Shown here: piece by piece, positions 33,954 to 47,356 of the stretch | How the letters are laid out: each line of letters starts with the position of its first letter | How positions within the stretch are numbered: the first letter of the stretch is position 1 | Position numbers and translations under genes: made by a program | Assembly: GCA_010909165.1 (NCBI GenBank) | Contig: MU008194.1 | Location: forward strand, 372,001-436,000 | Length of the DNA: 64,000 nucleotides | Direction: 5' to 3' | Source of the DNA: Anthoceros angustus | Lineage: Eukaryota; Plantae; Anthocerotophyta | Notes under the pieces: generated by a model | What the model saw: the letters and a program-made list of their open reading frames with translations, nothing else | What the model was told of the DNA's origin: nothing | Database searches by the model: none

Positions 33954-35911
33954 TCACTTCAGTCCTACAGCCAGCCGGCGTCGTAAGCTTGCTTCCAGAT
34001 CGGCGTTGTCCTGCTCTACCACGCGCTTGGGACCTTGGAACTGGTATTTTGCCACAGCGAACCAGTAGACAACACCGAAGCCGATGCATCCAGCCATGCT
34101 GATGGCGGCGTAGTTCAGGTTGGAGCCAGTGACTGGATACTCGGGAGGCAAGCAGAAGAGAATGGACATGGCGGCGCCCCACAGTGCTCCCCACCCTCCA
34201 ATGAAGATGCTCCACCTGCCCAGCGAGAAGGGGCCCGACACAAAGCCGTTGTTGAACATGTGCCGGCAGGCCAGGATGACGGTGTAGGGCCCGTAGGCGG
34301 TGATAGTGGACATGGCGGTGATGGCGGTGAAGGCAACACTGCTCCCGAGGCTGGGCAGCGTGCAGAGGAAAGAGCCGATGACTGTCACCACTGTGGCGTT
34401 TACTGGAATCTTGTGGTCCGGAGTCAGCTTCACCAGGTAGCCGTGGAAGGGAAGCGCCACATCTCGGGCCATGGCGTAGATCTGCAGATGTTACAACAAC
34501 AGACAAGAGTGAGCGTATTGCCCGAATCCTGGATTGGCACAGCCCCCGATGTGCTTCACCAAATGGCGGGTTTACCATCCTGGCTGTCAGAGTGACATTG
34601 GTGATGTTCCCGAAGAAGAGAGAGATTGCAGCCAGCCCGGTGAAGGCAACGGATCCCACTGTCCCGTCCCCGAACCTCCCATGGAAGGCATCGTAGAAGA
34701 CCTGGCTTCCAGCAGAAGTGTCTCCTCCTCCTGCACATTTTAACACTCATCAGACCAGGTCACAGGAATGGAGACACAAGTCCAAGAACTCTGCCATGGA
34801 GTGCCAACTCGAAGCTGTTTGTTACCAGTGGCGGTATCCTCCCCCAGCACGTTCTCCGAATTCTGGATGCAGAACGTCATGACAAGCAGAAGCACAATCT
34901 CCACCCCAGCCGTGACGTAGACAGAGCGGATCATGGCTCTGGGGCCGGCCACGGCGGCCGTGGTCACCTCCTCCACCACATGCGACCCCACCTCGAACCC
35001 CGTCAGGATGGACTGGAAGTAGGGCAGGCCTAGCAGCACCACCAGCACCCCGGACTGGATCCCGTTCCCGGGCGACTTCACGAAATGCGTGAACACGAAT
35101 TTGGCACTCTGGTACTTGGGGGAGACGGCCAGCAGCGTCACCACGATTGCCGCTATGGACAGGATCTGGAACCAGGCGCCCGCTGAGCTCAGCCGGCCCA
35201 GCCACCTGGTGCTCACGATGCTGACGAAGAAGTGGAGGAAGAAGAGCCCCGCCGTAACTCCTGCAATCTGCCATGGTACATGACATCCAATCCAAGCTGA
35301 CATGAATGAATGCGAGAGCAGATGCAAACAAACCTTGGCTTTGGTCTTGTTGGTACGTTGGTACCTACCTGGCCATCGGAGAGCTGATATCCCCCGCCCT
35401 GCGCCCCCCCGGTTCCCAGCAGGATCATGGTGGCCACCAGCTGCGCCAGCAGGTACTCGTTCAAGGCGGTTCCGCAGAAGGAGCCCACCAGATACACCCA
35501 GCCCACGAACCAGGCAGACCAGGCAGCGTGCTTCCTGGGCACCAGCTGGGCCACCCAGTAATACACGCTCCCCAGAGTGGGATACGCGCTGATCACCTCC
35601 GACATTGCAAACGCCATCATGAGAGTGCCGATGGCGGTGGCCAGGAATCCCCAGAAAATGGTGACAGGCCCGCCGTAGGAGTACATGAAGCCGTAATAGC
35701 CCGTCACGAATCCCAGGGGCGCGGTGTAGGAGAAGGTGTAAGCCCACTGCTCGAACGGGCTCATCACCCGCCTGTACTGCTGCTCGTATCCCAGCTCGTT
35801 CAGCCTCCGCTCATCCTCGTCCACCGCCTTGGCGTTGCCTCCCTGGACCTTCATCGCTGCAGCTCCTCGCTCTCCCGAGCCCCCAGCCTTCGAGACCGAT
35901 GATCCTCCCAT
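33954..35911 (-). CDS. BAT1: APC-superfamily amino-acid/GABA/polyamine permease, BAT1-like, copy 1 (four exons)
   Basis: DERRLNELGYEQQYRR, YGGPVTIFWG, SEVISAYPTLGSVYYW, RMIYAMARDVALPF, GPFSLGRW, LPPEYPVT..NLNYA, FQGP. Confidence 0.88.
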
Positions 35912-37254
35912 CCCTCCCTGTTAGATCTCTTCCCCGAAGACCATGGCCGGCGCGGAAGGTTCCAGGGGTTCCCACCAGCGCGTCGGAACGCTCGGGATGG
36001 TACGTAGTGGGATTTGGTGAGCCTGCACGGCCCGGTGGGATGATTCCATCCGCGCTTTCAAGTTTCTGGCCTTGCATGGATTGTACACGGCTGGACAGTG
36101 GAGCGTCGAGACTGGGACGGGTGATGAAAGAAAATCTGCGATCAGGCCTCGCCGCGGAATGTACAGTCTGGCATCTGTACAAAGGGTTCTGCTACCTGCT
36201 TTCTTACTTCGACGGCGACATGAGATGAGGATATTTTGCTTCCTAGGAGACGTTATGGGACGTCCTTGCAAACGTTAGCAGGCAAGAAAGGAATGGTCTG
36301 TTTCTTTTAGCGTAAGGTCTAAGGAAGGAATAATTGGTTCCTTTTGGCTTGAGGACTGGGGAAGGGATGATATGTTCCTTTTGGCATGAGGTCGAGAGCC
36401 TTCCTTTAATTTCCTTGTGGTTCACCACCTTCTCCAACCTGAGACTAAGACCAAGCTTCTTATAGTTGGCACCTGGATGAGCAAATTGCTGAATTATTGT
36501 TGCCGATGGCCATGGGTCTCTAGAACCTACCCAACAAGAACTACATTTTGTGTTAGATATTACAGAAAAAACCTATTCAAATCGTTGAAAAAATATATTT
36601 ATGGGTTTGGACGATAAACCTTTACAAAAATATATGAATATTTAAGAAAATATAACTATAGTTCATGAAACGCACTCAATTGCCTGGACATGAATAAGGG
36701 TTAATCTAAACGTTTGTGATCTTTCAACTAAAACCTAATTTGCCCTATTGTTACGAGTCTAGCAAGTGTCGATGTCTACTATGAGAGCTTCTGCATTTGA
36801 TGGTCACGTGAAAGTATGGCTAGTGTAGGAAACACAAGATCATGTGGGGTCATAAGCATAGAGTAATGGTTGGCTTAAAAATGTTCGAGAAATGCTTCAT
36901 AAATCCAGCCTTGTGGACAACTATCACTACTGGAAGTTAGCAGGCAAGAAAGAATTCTAAAACTTGAAGAGGAGGGCACATCCCTACAAGGCACCGATAA
37001 AGCAAGAGCGAGTGTGTAAGCACTTCTTGGGAAGTCTGCAGCCACATATCTTTATACCTAGGCATGAATGAGCAAGCATTCATTTGCCTACTCACGTCAC
37101 CTAGGCATGAATGAGCAATTTTTGAAATTTCACTTGGTACCTACTTAGACCTCTAACATATAACTTAATTTACAAAAAGAAAGCATGAAAGCGGAAATTA
37201 GAAAGCTTTAAGTCAACAAAGGCTTGTACATCACATTCGTGACATTAGTATCGA

Positions 37255-40200
37255 GGGGGTTTTTATTGAGGTGAAAAACCAATGGGAAAAGCCCATCCAG
37301 GAGGGAACAACCAAAGAGCACCAGGAGGTTGAGGTGGAGAGGAGCAACTAAGCTCCCTACCTAAAGTCACCTACTGCACCCACAATGTCATATGCAGGAA
37401 GAATAAACGGCCTGCAAACCACGGAGGTAGAGGAAGATGCGTCACCTACTGTCGCCGCCTTGTGGAGGATCACCGTTGAGAGTGCCCGTTAAAGGGAAAT
37501 TGAAACCCATTGTCGGAAGTATGCTGTGAAGTACGAGAGGATGACACACCGGTTCAAGCATGGTAAGCTTTGGCACAGGACTTGACAAATTTGTCAAAGT
37601 CCTCAGCCATCCCCATACATTTCTAGTGCAAGCGGAATCAAGAGGTGGCCCACTTGCATCCTGCTATATTTGCGGACCTTGAGAGCCGTTGCTCCGGTAG
37701 CAGCCCAACCTGGACGGTTAGTGATGACCTGAGTGGAGATGGTGTCTCGTGTAGGATCGGTAACCACCACATCTGCCACCGAAACCAGGTCGCCATAGAC
37801 AAGGTACAGTCACCGATTGAACGACCAGACGGAGAGAGTATACATCCGCCTCCATGCCATGTAGGCCATGAGCGATGGCGAACATGACATCGCGGATGGC
37901 GCCGTGAGTGGCAATGCGATGACGTGGGGACAACGAGCAAGGTGTACCCGTAATCATCGAGGCGAGCCGCACTGCAAGTAAGGAGCGAAGAAGCCACAGC
38001 CGGAGCAGCCAAGACGGAATCGCATCGCAAAGAGTGAAGGTGGTTGGTGTGATGTGAAAACCCGTATGCATGGGGGGCCAGCCAAGCACTGCGCTTCCTG
38101 TAACAAGAGCGAGCCGCGCCTGTGGACCTGGGATGGAGGGGTCCCGGAGGATGATCGAAAGCCCGGCCGAGCTGCTTCTCGAGCAGGAATGCCTACAACC
38201 CCCTGAAACCATCAGTAATAAATGTCGAGAAAGGAGGGAAGTCCTTCCGAGCATCCACTGATAACATGTCCCTAGCTTGCCTCAAGGACGTTTGGAGAGA
38301 GAAGGTTCCCTCCTCCACTCCAGATACGAGATCCTCCAGAAAGGGCCTGTCATGGAGGATGAAGCGAGAAGCCAAAGCAAGGGCAGAGAGGGCCCAACTG
38401 CCTAGGAAAGTCGCCGGGGAAGAGACCTTCAGTGAGAGCAGACCTGTGCCTCCAAATTGCATGTAGGACGCTGGGGCCGACGCCCATAGGGCACTCAAAA
38501 GCCCCGAGCCTGTGATGTCCCCAAGAGTATCCATAATCTTCTTATCAAACCGCCGCAGCCGGGACAAAAGGGTTAAGGACGGAGGCAGCGTACGGATGGG
38601 GTAACCAGGGTGCCTAGCAAAACAGGAGGAAAGAATTCCAAAAGCCACCTGTGTATCCTCCAGCAAAGGGAGGTCCTCGATATGGAAGAGGTCCTCTGAG
38701 AGAGCCTGGTCCAGAAAGCTCCCGATGAAGTCAGGGGAACCGAAGGGGACCCCTAGAATCCGTAGTCCCAAAGCCGGAGCAATCTCCTCAGCAAGAAACT
38801 GCAAAATAGGTAGAATCCCCGACGGAGACCAGACGTGGCACTTGGACAACTTGACCGTCAAGCCCACCAAAGAAAGCTCATGAGAGAAGAGCTCAAAGGC
38901 CTCCTTGACTTTGTTACCAGGCCCGAGGATTTGAGAGTCGTCACAAATAAGGGAAGAACAAGGCAGAAGGCGGCCCTAGATAGGGCCCTATAGTGAGCAA
39001 TGGCGAAGAGAGCACCGCCTGGGGTCGCCTGGCCGATTCCAAGACAGTAGACAAGAACTCAAGAGACGTTCTTGTGCGGTAGTAGAGGTTGGAGGACCTC
39101 CGTAGAAGCACCGACAAAAGGTATAAGGCTCCTCAGACGCCAAGATCCCTAAGCTCCTCAAGATGACGCCTCCTAGAGATGGTATTGAAGGCTCGACATC
39201 AACTGTAAGACCACCCACTCGGTGGGTATCAAGGCATGCCTTCACTCCAAGCACCAGACTCACAGAGTGGCAATGCCAAATTGAAGGGGTTGAGGTGCTA
39301 TTGGAGAAGAGCGCGGCAATAGTGCGGCCGAGTAGCCGCATGAAGGCTTCCCGATCATGAGTGGGCGACGCCTGAAGCCTCGTGTGCTTGTCCATAGCGA
39401 CAAGCCCGCTAGCCGCAAGAACATGGGAAATCCGTGAGGCGTCTCACCCCGAGCCACCGCAGCTGAGAAAAGAGCTCGGGAAGCCACTAGATGGATCTTC
39501 GGGAGAAAGGTCCCCGAGGTGTTCAAACACCATTCCCGACAACCCCGATGAAAGACGGGGTCGAGAGTGCTAGAGCAAAAGCCCCGATCCAGAGAAGGGA
39601 TCCTCCGGACATAGTTGGATATGTCCGGGGATGGCATCCTTGGTGCCGGATGGAGGCACGAGGGCAACAATGGTCTCTTGAGCGGGGCCGGGAGGGGTCG
39701 AAGAGCCCTAGTAGCGCGAGCATATTCACTTGCCTGGCCAAGCAACTTGCAACGACGCAGGTTTGTTGCATTACCCGGGACCTGTTCTAACTGCTGTGCG
39801 AATTCCGCTCGAGCCTTGGCAGCACGCAAAGCCTCCTCCTGGAGGGATGCCCCACCACAAAGCCAAGACGACTAGCAACTTCCCGATGCCCAAAAGCCCC
39901 ACCCCTAGTACACCGAAGGCACCACCGGGGGAGAAGCACGAGAAGGCACCAACCTAACTCGTCCTAGGGATCGAGCGCAAGGCGATCCAAGGGAAGACGG
40001 AACGCCAAACAGACATCGTCATGAAGGTGGCGGGGAAGCTTGCGGAAGATGCGCGGGCATGGAAAGCGGGTTTCAAATATCCCAAGGATGTGATCCAGCT
40101 GACCCCGCAACCATTCCCAAGAAGAGAGAGGCACCCTGTGGAGGACGAGATCGACGGGAGCTCGTGATCACCGGAGGAGGTTGCAATGTGCACTTGGGCA

Positions 40201-40430
40201 GCCCATGTAGTCTGGTCGAAATCTTTATGCATGTGCCCAATGTGGGTTTTCACCCCCTTGACGCCGTAGTAGAGTTGAGCACAGACAGGACACGGAGTGT
40301 CCTTGACAGTCACAGAAGGTGTAGACCGCCCCATTGGGTAGGGTACTAAAAGAGCCCGCAAACGCCAGTAGTATCTAGAAAGCATTATAAACATAGACTT
40401 GCACACCATGTTCATGACCCTAAGCATTCT
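37255..40430 (-). mobile_element. Degenerate non-LTR retrotransposon, CRE-like early-branching clade with restriction-like endonuclease
   Basis: C2H2 finger CPVC...HIGHMH; RT remnants QFGIA, QGDP-like GIGQ/PGDP..GGALFAIAH, ICDD, GLTVKLSKC, GLRILGVPFGS, FGGTGL; C-terminal Cys/His region and RQWVSISL*RAL; many frameshifts. Confidence 0.82.
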
Positions 40431-40499
40431 TATATTTCACTGGTTTTATTTCTATTTTCAATTCACACCTTGCAGAGCAACGTGCAATATAATGACCGC

Positions 40500-41790
40500 G
40501 TAGTAGTCATATCAAACAATAACAGAAAGCTTGGCAACTCCACTGAGTACTAACTTTTTCACAATTTGGCTTGCCGCCAAATGGGCTTATAAGACAATAG
40601 GAGAAGCTTCGTAGCTATACTGAGTACTGACTTTTCCGCAATGAGGTTTGCCGCCTAGAAGTCATACAAGACATTAGGAGAAAGCTTTGCAACTACTTTG
40701 AGTTTGAACTTTTTTGCAATTTGGTGGTGCCTAAATACTAACTTTTTTGCAATTTGGCGGTGCCTAAATACTAACTTTTTTGCAATTTGGCGGTGCCTAA
40801 ATACTAACTTTTTTGCAATTTGACCGTGACTTGAGTACTAACGTTTTTGCAATTTAGCCGTGCCTTGAGTACTAATTTTTTTGCAATTTGGCCGTGCCTA
40901 AATACTAACTTTTTTGCAATTTGGCCGTGCCTAAATACTAACTTTTTTGCAACTTGGCCGTGCCTTGAGTACTAACGTTTTTGCAATTTAGCTGTGCCTT
41001 GAGTACTAACTTTTTTGCAATTTGGCCGTGCCTGAGTACTAATTTTTTTACAATTTGGCCATGCCTAAGTACTGACTTTTTCTCAATTTGACTTGTCGTG
41101 AAATAGTTATACAAGACAATAGAAGAAAGCTTCGCTACTACACTGAATAATAACTTTTTCGCAATTTGGTTTGCCGCCTAGTGGTCATACAAGACCATAG
41201 GAGAAAGCTTCGCAGCTACACCAAGTAATCATACAAGACCATGATAGAAAGCTCTGCAGCTCCACTGAGTCGCAATTTGGTTTACCGCCTAGTAATTATG
41301 CAAGAACCATAGAAGAAAGCTTCGCGACTACACTTAGTAGTCATACAATAGGTTTAATCATACAAGACCATAGGAGAAAGCTTCGCAACTACACCAAGTA
41401 ATCATACAAGACCATAATAGAAAGCTTTGCAGCTACACTGAGTCGCAATTTGGTTTACCACCTAGTAGTTATGTGAGAACCATAGGAGAAAGCTTTGCAA
41501 CTACACCTAGTAGTCATACAAGACCATAGGAGGAAGCTTCGCAGCTACGCCTAGTAGTCAAACAAGATCGTAAGAGAAAGCTTCGCACCTACGCGTAGTA
41601 GTCATACAGGACTATAGGAGAAAGCTTCGTAGCTACACTACTCAGTACTATTTGGCTTGGCGTGTAATAGGTGTACAAGACCATATGAGTACTATTTGGC
41701 TTGGCGTGTAATAGGTGCACAAGACCATATGAGTACTATTTGGCTTGGCGTGTAATAGGTGTACAAGACCATATGAGAAAGCTTCGGCGC
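40500..41790. repeat. Complex minisatellite: ~32-33-bp core (tactaacttttttgcaatttggccgtgcctaaa, 40735-41090) embedded in related ~41-bp and 44-bp units
   Basis: Direct tandem repeats sharing submotifs gcaatttgg, catacaagaccatagg and agaaagcttcg. Confidence 0.9.
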
Positions 41791-41859
41791 TATACTACCG
41801 AGTGCATACTTTATCTTTATTTGATTCGCCTGGAGAAATAAATTGCCAATCAAGATGCA

Positions 41860-42170
41860 CTCAACCTTCCTCTATATACAAGACATTCTCTAGAATAGAT
41901 TCTTGGAGAATTGCATCGCCAATTAAGATGCACTTTATACATAGGACATTCAATACAATGGATTCTTCTTCTTTACACAAGACATTCTCTACAATACAAT
42001 GGATTCTTCTTCTTTACACAAGACATGCTCTACAATACAATGAATTCTTCTTCTGTACATAGATCATTCTCTACAATAGATCTTCTTTACACAAGACATT
42101 GTCTACAATATAATGGATTCTTGTTCTTTAAAACATAGCACATTCTCTGCAATAGATTCTTTTCTTTATA
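41860..42170. repeat. Minisatellite, ~40-bp unit tacacaagacattctctacaatacaatggattcttcttct
   Basis: Imperfect direct repeats. Confidence 0.85.
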
Positions 42171-42256
42171 TTAGAGCATAATAAAAATTAAATAATTATT
42201 TCTATCAAAAACAAATTAGGATGAACAATTTGTATTGGGCATTATGCCCATTCACA

Positions 42257-42332
42257 AGTCCTACCAAGATTTAAACTTGGACTGTTAGATTCAGAGTCCA
42301 TCCAAATGTCCTAACCACTACACTATAAGACC
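42257..42332 (-). pseudogene. Degenerate tRNA-Gln(CTG) pseudogene
   Basis: Reverse complement GGTCTTATAGTGTAGTGGTTAGGACA...GGACTCTGAATCT...CCAAGTTTAAATCTTGGTAGGAC resembles tRNA-Gln with a 4-nt duplication and transitions, including in the T-loop. Confidence 0.7.
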
Positions 42333-42643
42333 CTAATATTTTACATTAAACTAAAAATGTCTATGGCAAAAACAACTGATAACAAGTACTTGTCACACTC
42401 CGTATCTCTCCTACATGTTCACAAGGAAGCCTTCCGCAACTAGGTCACGGATTGTGGAATTTCACAGAACTACTCGAGACCTCCAATATACAAATTAATA
42501 AGTTACAATGAACTTCCCACATCATGCAGGGCCGGATTGAGCCTCAACTCCTCAAGCATGGCACAGTTTGCCAAGCGTCTCGCACTACTCTACAAAACTG
42601 ACTCCTCAGGATAAATCACCCATTTTCTCCACCTTCAGCAAGT

Positions 42644-45600
42644 CTAGCGTGTGGACCTGGAAAACAGGGCCTGATATTGAGGAAGGGACTGGGTCCATTT
42701 GCTAATTGCAGATTCTCTGGCTTTGAGCTTTTCCAAACTGTACGCGTCAAGTTCAACATCTACAAGAGCCACAGGAGACAGGATTAGGACACAGCAAGTC
42801 AGCGTCAACTTAGGATACACAAGAAGATTGTCGGTTTACCTTTGCCATCATAGGGCAGCACAATGGGGCAAAGCGATGGGTCCAAGCCAGCACCTCCACC
42901 TTTGTCAGCGGGCCTTCCCTTTTTTGGCTTTCTTCCTGCTACAAATCTGGTGTAGTAGTACTCGGGAAGATCGGGCCCGGGAGCAAGAGATCCATCACCC
43001 CTTGGCACACCTGCCTGGACCAGACCTTCCCTGTCAGCCTCACTGATCATACGATCATGCATGTCCCATAACACGTTATAAGTCATCATACGTGATCTCT
43101 CCCTGTGATTTTCCGACTCTGTGTCATCTAACAAGGGTGTACCTGAATCCATTTCTTGTTCCAGCAGGACCTGATCAATACTGCCACTAAGTCCAAGGTT
43201 TTCCTCCATGAGGACTTCGTAAGTGCTCTTCACGCTACTTGCCCAGGAACCATCCTTTGGACCGTCTGCCTCATGGGTCTTGTGTTTATTAACAACATTC
43301 AGATAGCCATCGTTCCTGTGTTGCAAGAAGTCAATAAGCAAAGGCAGAGGAACTCTAGGATGACGTTCAGATAACTCTGGTGCTCCTTCGCTTGACAGCA
43401 ACCCTACTTCATTTGCCATCCCCCCAAGCAAACTTGTCAGAGGAGGTGGACGCCTCTTTACCACCTCAGACAGATCCTCCATGTGAGAAGGCATGCCACT
43501 TGGAAGCTGTGCAGCACCTGCAGGGAGCTGCATCTGCACCAGTTTACTCCCAACTTCATGTCTAATCTGCGGTCAAGATTGAACAAGAAACGGCTCTTTT
43601 TTTCAGACAAGAAATGCAACCAACCCTAGCAAAACAATACGAACATCACAAGTGGATACATGGCAAGAGGGCAATCAAGCTCGAAAAGCTTTCTTCTCAG
43701 CTGATTATTCATCTTCCCCTTGTGAACTCCAGTCCCACGGTCAGCCCTTGCCTCAATATTGCCCACAATATCTGAGAGGCACCTTCGAAGTCTGGCCTGG
43801 TCAAACACAACCTTTTTAGTCTTTACACGCCTGCCCATCGGGGTGCTACTCCGCTTCCTCTTGTGCCCTGTACTCGGAACTGACGAATACTGCTCACTTT
43901 TGTCGTTCTCAGAGGGCCTGGAGTGATAAGCTGGCCAGACGGACCCCTTCCGAATATCTACATGGCGTTAAGTAGCAAACAGCATACATAGACATAGCAA
44001 GCAATCACAATTCATTGTGCATTGATGCTCAAAGGATACAGTTGATGAGTGCAGGCATTCTTTCTGTTATGTATCCAGCTCCTTCTGCTGCAGCCGGACC
44101 GGAGGTAAGTTAGTCCCAAACAGAAATGACACGAAGCAAATAGAGATCATGCACAAATGAGCTACCGGTAGAGACTTCACAAACCTGACAGAGAAGTGTT
44201 AACACTGGGTAGTATCTCTGCCGTGCCTCCTGTCAGTTGGTCAGAGCCCTTATAATTTTGCACGACAATGTCACTTTCCCCAGTGAGCTGCACAATTGAA
44301 AAGTGCTTGCCACCAAAGCCTGTCTTTTTGCTTCTGACCTCCCCTGGATGACTGAGAACAGTAAGCCCTGATATCCACGTCTCCACTACATTCACATCCC
44401 TTAAGCTGCGCGACATTCCTGAAGAATAATCAAGTTCTTCTTGAGGAGCAAACACCTTGGATGGCAGCTCCCAGGCACACAAAACATCATCCAGGTCTGA
44501 TTTTTTCTTTGCCCTTGACACACTTGTTGGCAGGACTGGTGCAACAGCCGATTGAGATCCATAACAAAATGCACGAATGTCCCCCGACCTCACACTTGCT
44601 GCCAGCACGATGCTCCCTGAAGAAGAGGAATTAAAACAGCACTACAACCTCAGACTCCACAACGTTCGCTCGTGGCTGAATAATAGAAGAAAGAAGATCC
44701 AAACCTGAGCTCGAAGCGGAGCTGGACGAGTTCGTCATCCCAGAGGCCCCCAACGACATGGGGTGGATAACCAAAAGTTTTGGCGGCTCCTTTGACATGG
44801 TATGCTCCCACTGCCAATGATTTGCACAACAGGTTAGCTGTAAATAGCACATGCCAACCTAACAAAAGAACAGGCTGCAATTAGTTGCAGTCACTGAAGT
44901 CAGACGCAGAACCAAACAAACCTGGAGTACAGGGGTCTGAGATCGCCGAACATCATACAGCAGAAGATGTTTCCTGCTAGCAACACAGAAATGATACATC
45001 CCCTGAAAATCATCCCTGCTAAAAGCCAGAAAATGGTCTCTGTCAACACTCTGAGTGCAGTAACCGTAGCATGTCGCCTTTGCAACAATGGAGGAATGAG
45101 AATGGATTATTTTCTCAGATGCACCAAACGGAGCCTGCATCCGGGGATTTACCGCCTTGCTCCTGAAGTCAACCAGCGATACTTGCTCAGACCCAGCAAC
45201 AAAGACAGTTCGAGGGTGCCAGGCATATTCACAACACCACCAGTCTGCTTTTACAGAACTGCTAGGAATCAACGTTCTCTGAAGGTGCTTCAGCCTTTCC
45301 CGCCTGTTTGCTTGCTCCTGCCAGAACCACCTGTTTCCTGAACCGTATATTCCATTGCTCTTTGATGATATAAGCGTGCCAGTAGATGTCAAATGCAAGT
45401 TTCCCGAAGCGACTTCCGCATCGAGCGTGCACACATTTCCTGTGGCAAATGCCACAGCAGCCTCCCCATAAATGTGAGGATTCCATGCAACCTGGAGCGA
45501 CGAATTTCAAAACGATCAGTGGAGCAAGGACACAACAAAGCACCCACCCATGGCTGCAGAATACTTACATGGCACAATGGATCATCGAAATCCAGCCCTG

Positions 45601-46557
45601 CAATGCAAGTAAAACGGATGTGCCCCTCCTGTGATCCGACACCAAATCATAAACCAGAAAAAGGAGAGAAAAAAAAAAGTGTGCTTGTTCCAAGATCTGC
45701 TACAACACCAAAATACAAAAGCTTACGTAAACAGCACACGAAGTCAAGATACCTCTTGGAAGGCCCGAAGGACACTGACACAATACAGTGAACGTGCTGC
45801 TATTAGCGAGACACCTGATTGAGTATCGTCCTTCACTCCTGACAGCTGTTCCAAAAGCCCAGCAAGTCTTATGATGTGCTAAAACAAGGACAGGTGAAAG
45901 AGCAGCAGGCAACTTGAAGAGTGCAAGACACAAAATATACTCACCTGCAGGATCGGGCTGCGCAAACTAACCGACGCGGTAAACTTCTCTGAGGAAACAC
46001 CAGAGTGCCCAAGACTTGGCAAGAGGCGCCACCGGTTTTCCTTTCCAGATGAAGAAAGCAGGGCACCTCCCACTCTATCTTGGTTATCACCAGTAGGGAA
46101 GAAGAGTTGCGTGATTGCATTTTGACCCTGCCAACCGCCACTCATATCATGCACAGCTCGGCAAAAGCAAGGCCAAGCAAGGCTTGCCCTTAATGTGGAA
46201 AAAATTAGAATTCAATTGTGTACCTGCACACCCCATAGCTGATTTCCGAGAAATCCATGGGATGCATCAGAGTTGCCCAAAAAGTCAGCAGAAACATCTG
46301 CATCAAGGAAGTCTTCGAGAAGGTCATTGAGAGAGTCGCCTTGATTCCATTTGGTCTGCTGCCAGGCATGCCATGAAGTTAACAGGCAAGTAACCATGCA
46401 ACTCTTTCTCAACCATATGAAATGCAACCTCAACACCAACCTCAAAATTCCGACCCCCGACAAAAGCTAGTCTCTGAGGATCTCCTTCTCTATCGAACAG
46501 AAGAGGACCCACTGCAACACGAAAACCAATCTCAGAACGGCTGTTACTGGGAAGCAT
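42644..46557 (-). CDS. TAF1C: TAF1C/RRN6-like RNA polymerase I TBP-associated factor (At3g18310-like), multi-exon
   Basis: VGPLLF near the N-terminus, CEYAWHPRTVFVA, LLLYDVRR..PVLQWEH, LCAWELPS, C-terminal LCPIVLPYD...KWTQSLPQYQALF*. Confidence 0.7.
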
Positions 46558-46990
46558 CACCTAGCCAAGTCTCACAGGAAAAGGAGAACAAACATGAGCG
46601 AGACGCTGCCGGATCAAGTAGCTGCGGTGAGGCAAGGACAGAGCCAACACAGGTGGTAGGCCAAGGTCCGTGAAAGTTGTACGACTCTTGCGTGCTCATG
46701 GAATCGTGACCGCCTCATACAAGCTCATCTGATCCCGACGACGGCCCCAACACCCATCAGTAAATTGTTGTTATTGTTGTTGGAGAAGATTACTATATAT
46801 GTACTTCGACTAGGGCCATCGAAAGCTGAAATTGGCAGCTGACACTCCGACGCTCCGCAGTCAGTACCTGCTAAGCAAGGAAGGGCTTCCCATAAAAGTC
46901 GATCACAGATCGCTCACGAATCTGAGTCATTTGAGATTGCGGACCGTCCTCCTCGAAGCTGTCTGCGGACCGGATTCTCCTGCTTGCACA

Positions 46991-47356
46991 ATGAGGCTGT
47001 TGGTGCACAATTTTCTAGCGTGCACGGCGAAGGGCGTGACGAAGGGCTATCCCCTAGGTTTGGAGGTGACGTCTTCGACGACGGTCGAAGTGCCCTTCAA
47101 CCCCGACTTCCTGCGTCACATACTGCCCAGGATTGAGTGGAAAGGATTTGTGGAGGCCGCGGCGAAGCTGGGTGTGCAGGATTTGCCTGAGGCCGTGGAA
47201 CCCGACACGGTAGACGAGGAGTTCTTGCGGAAGCTGCATCATGCGCTCTTGGAGGTGGAGCTGGTGGAAGGAGCCCTTGTCTGTCCAGAAACTCAACGCC
47301 GCTTTCCTGTCTCCAAGGGGATTGCGAACATGCTGCTCCACGAGGACGAGGTGTGA
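46991..47356 (+). CDS. TRM112: TRM112 methyltransferase activator
   Basis: MRLLVHNFL, KGVTKGYPL, FNPDFLRHILPRIEW, LHHALLEVELVEGALVCPETQRRFPVSKGIANMLLHEDEV. Confidence 0.97.
   Translation: MRLLVHNFLACTAKGVTKGYPLGLEVTSSTTVEVPFNPDFLRHILPRIEWKGFVEAAAKLGVQDLPEAVEPDTVDEEFLRKLHHALLEVELVEGALVCPETQRRFPVSKGIANMLLHEDEV

Noticed and set aside
40735-41090. Regular ~33-bp repeats resembling a CRISPR array
   Set aside because: Units are head-to-tail with no unique spacers, there are no cas genes, and the context is eukaryotic.
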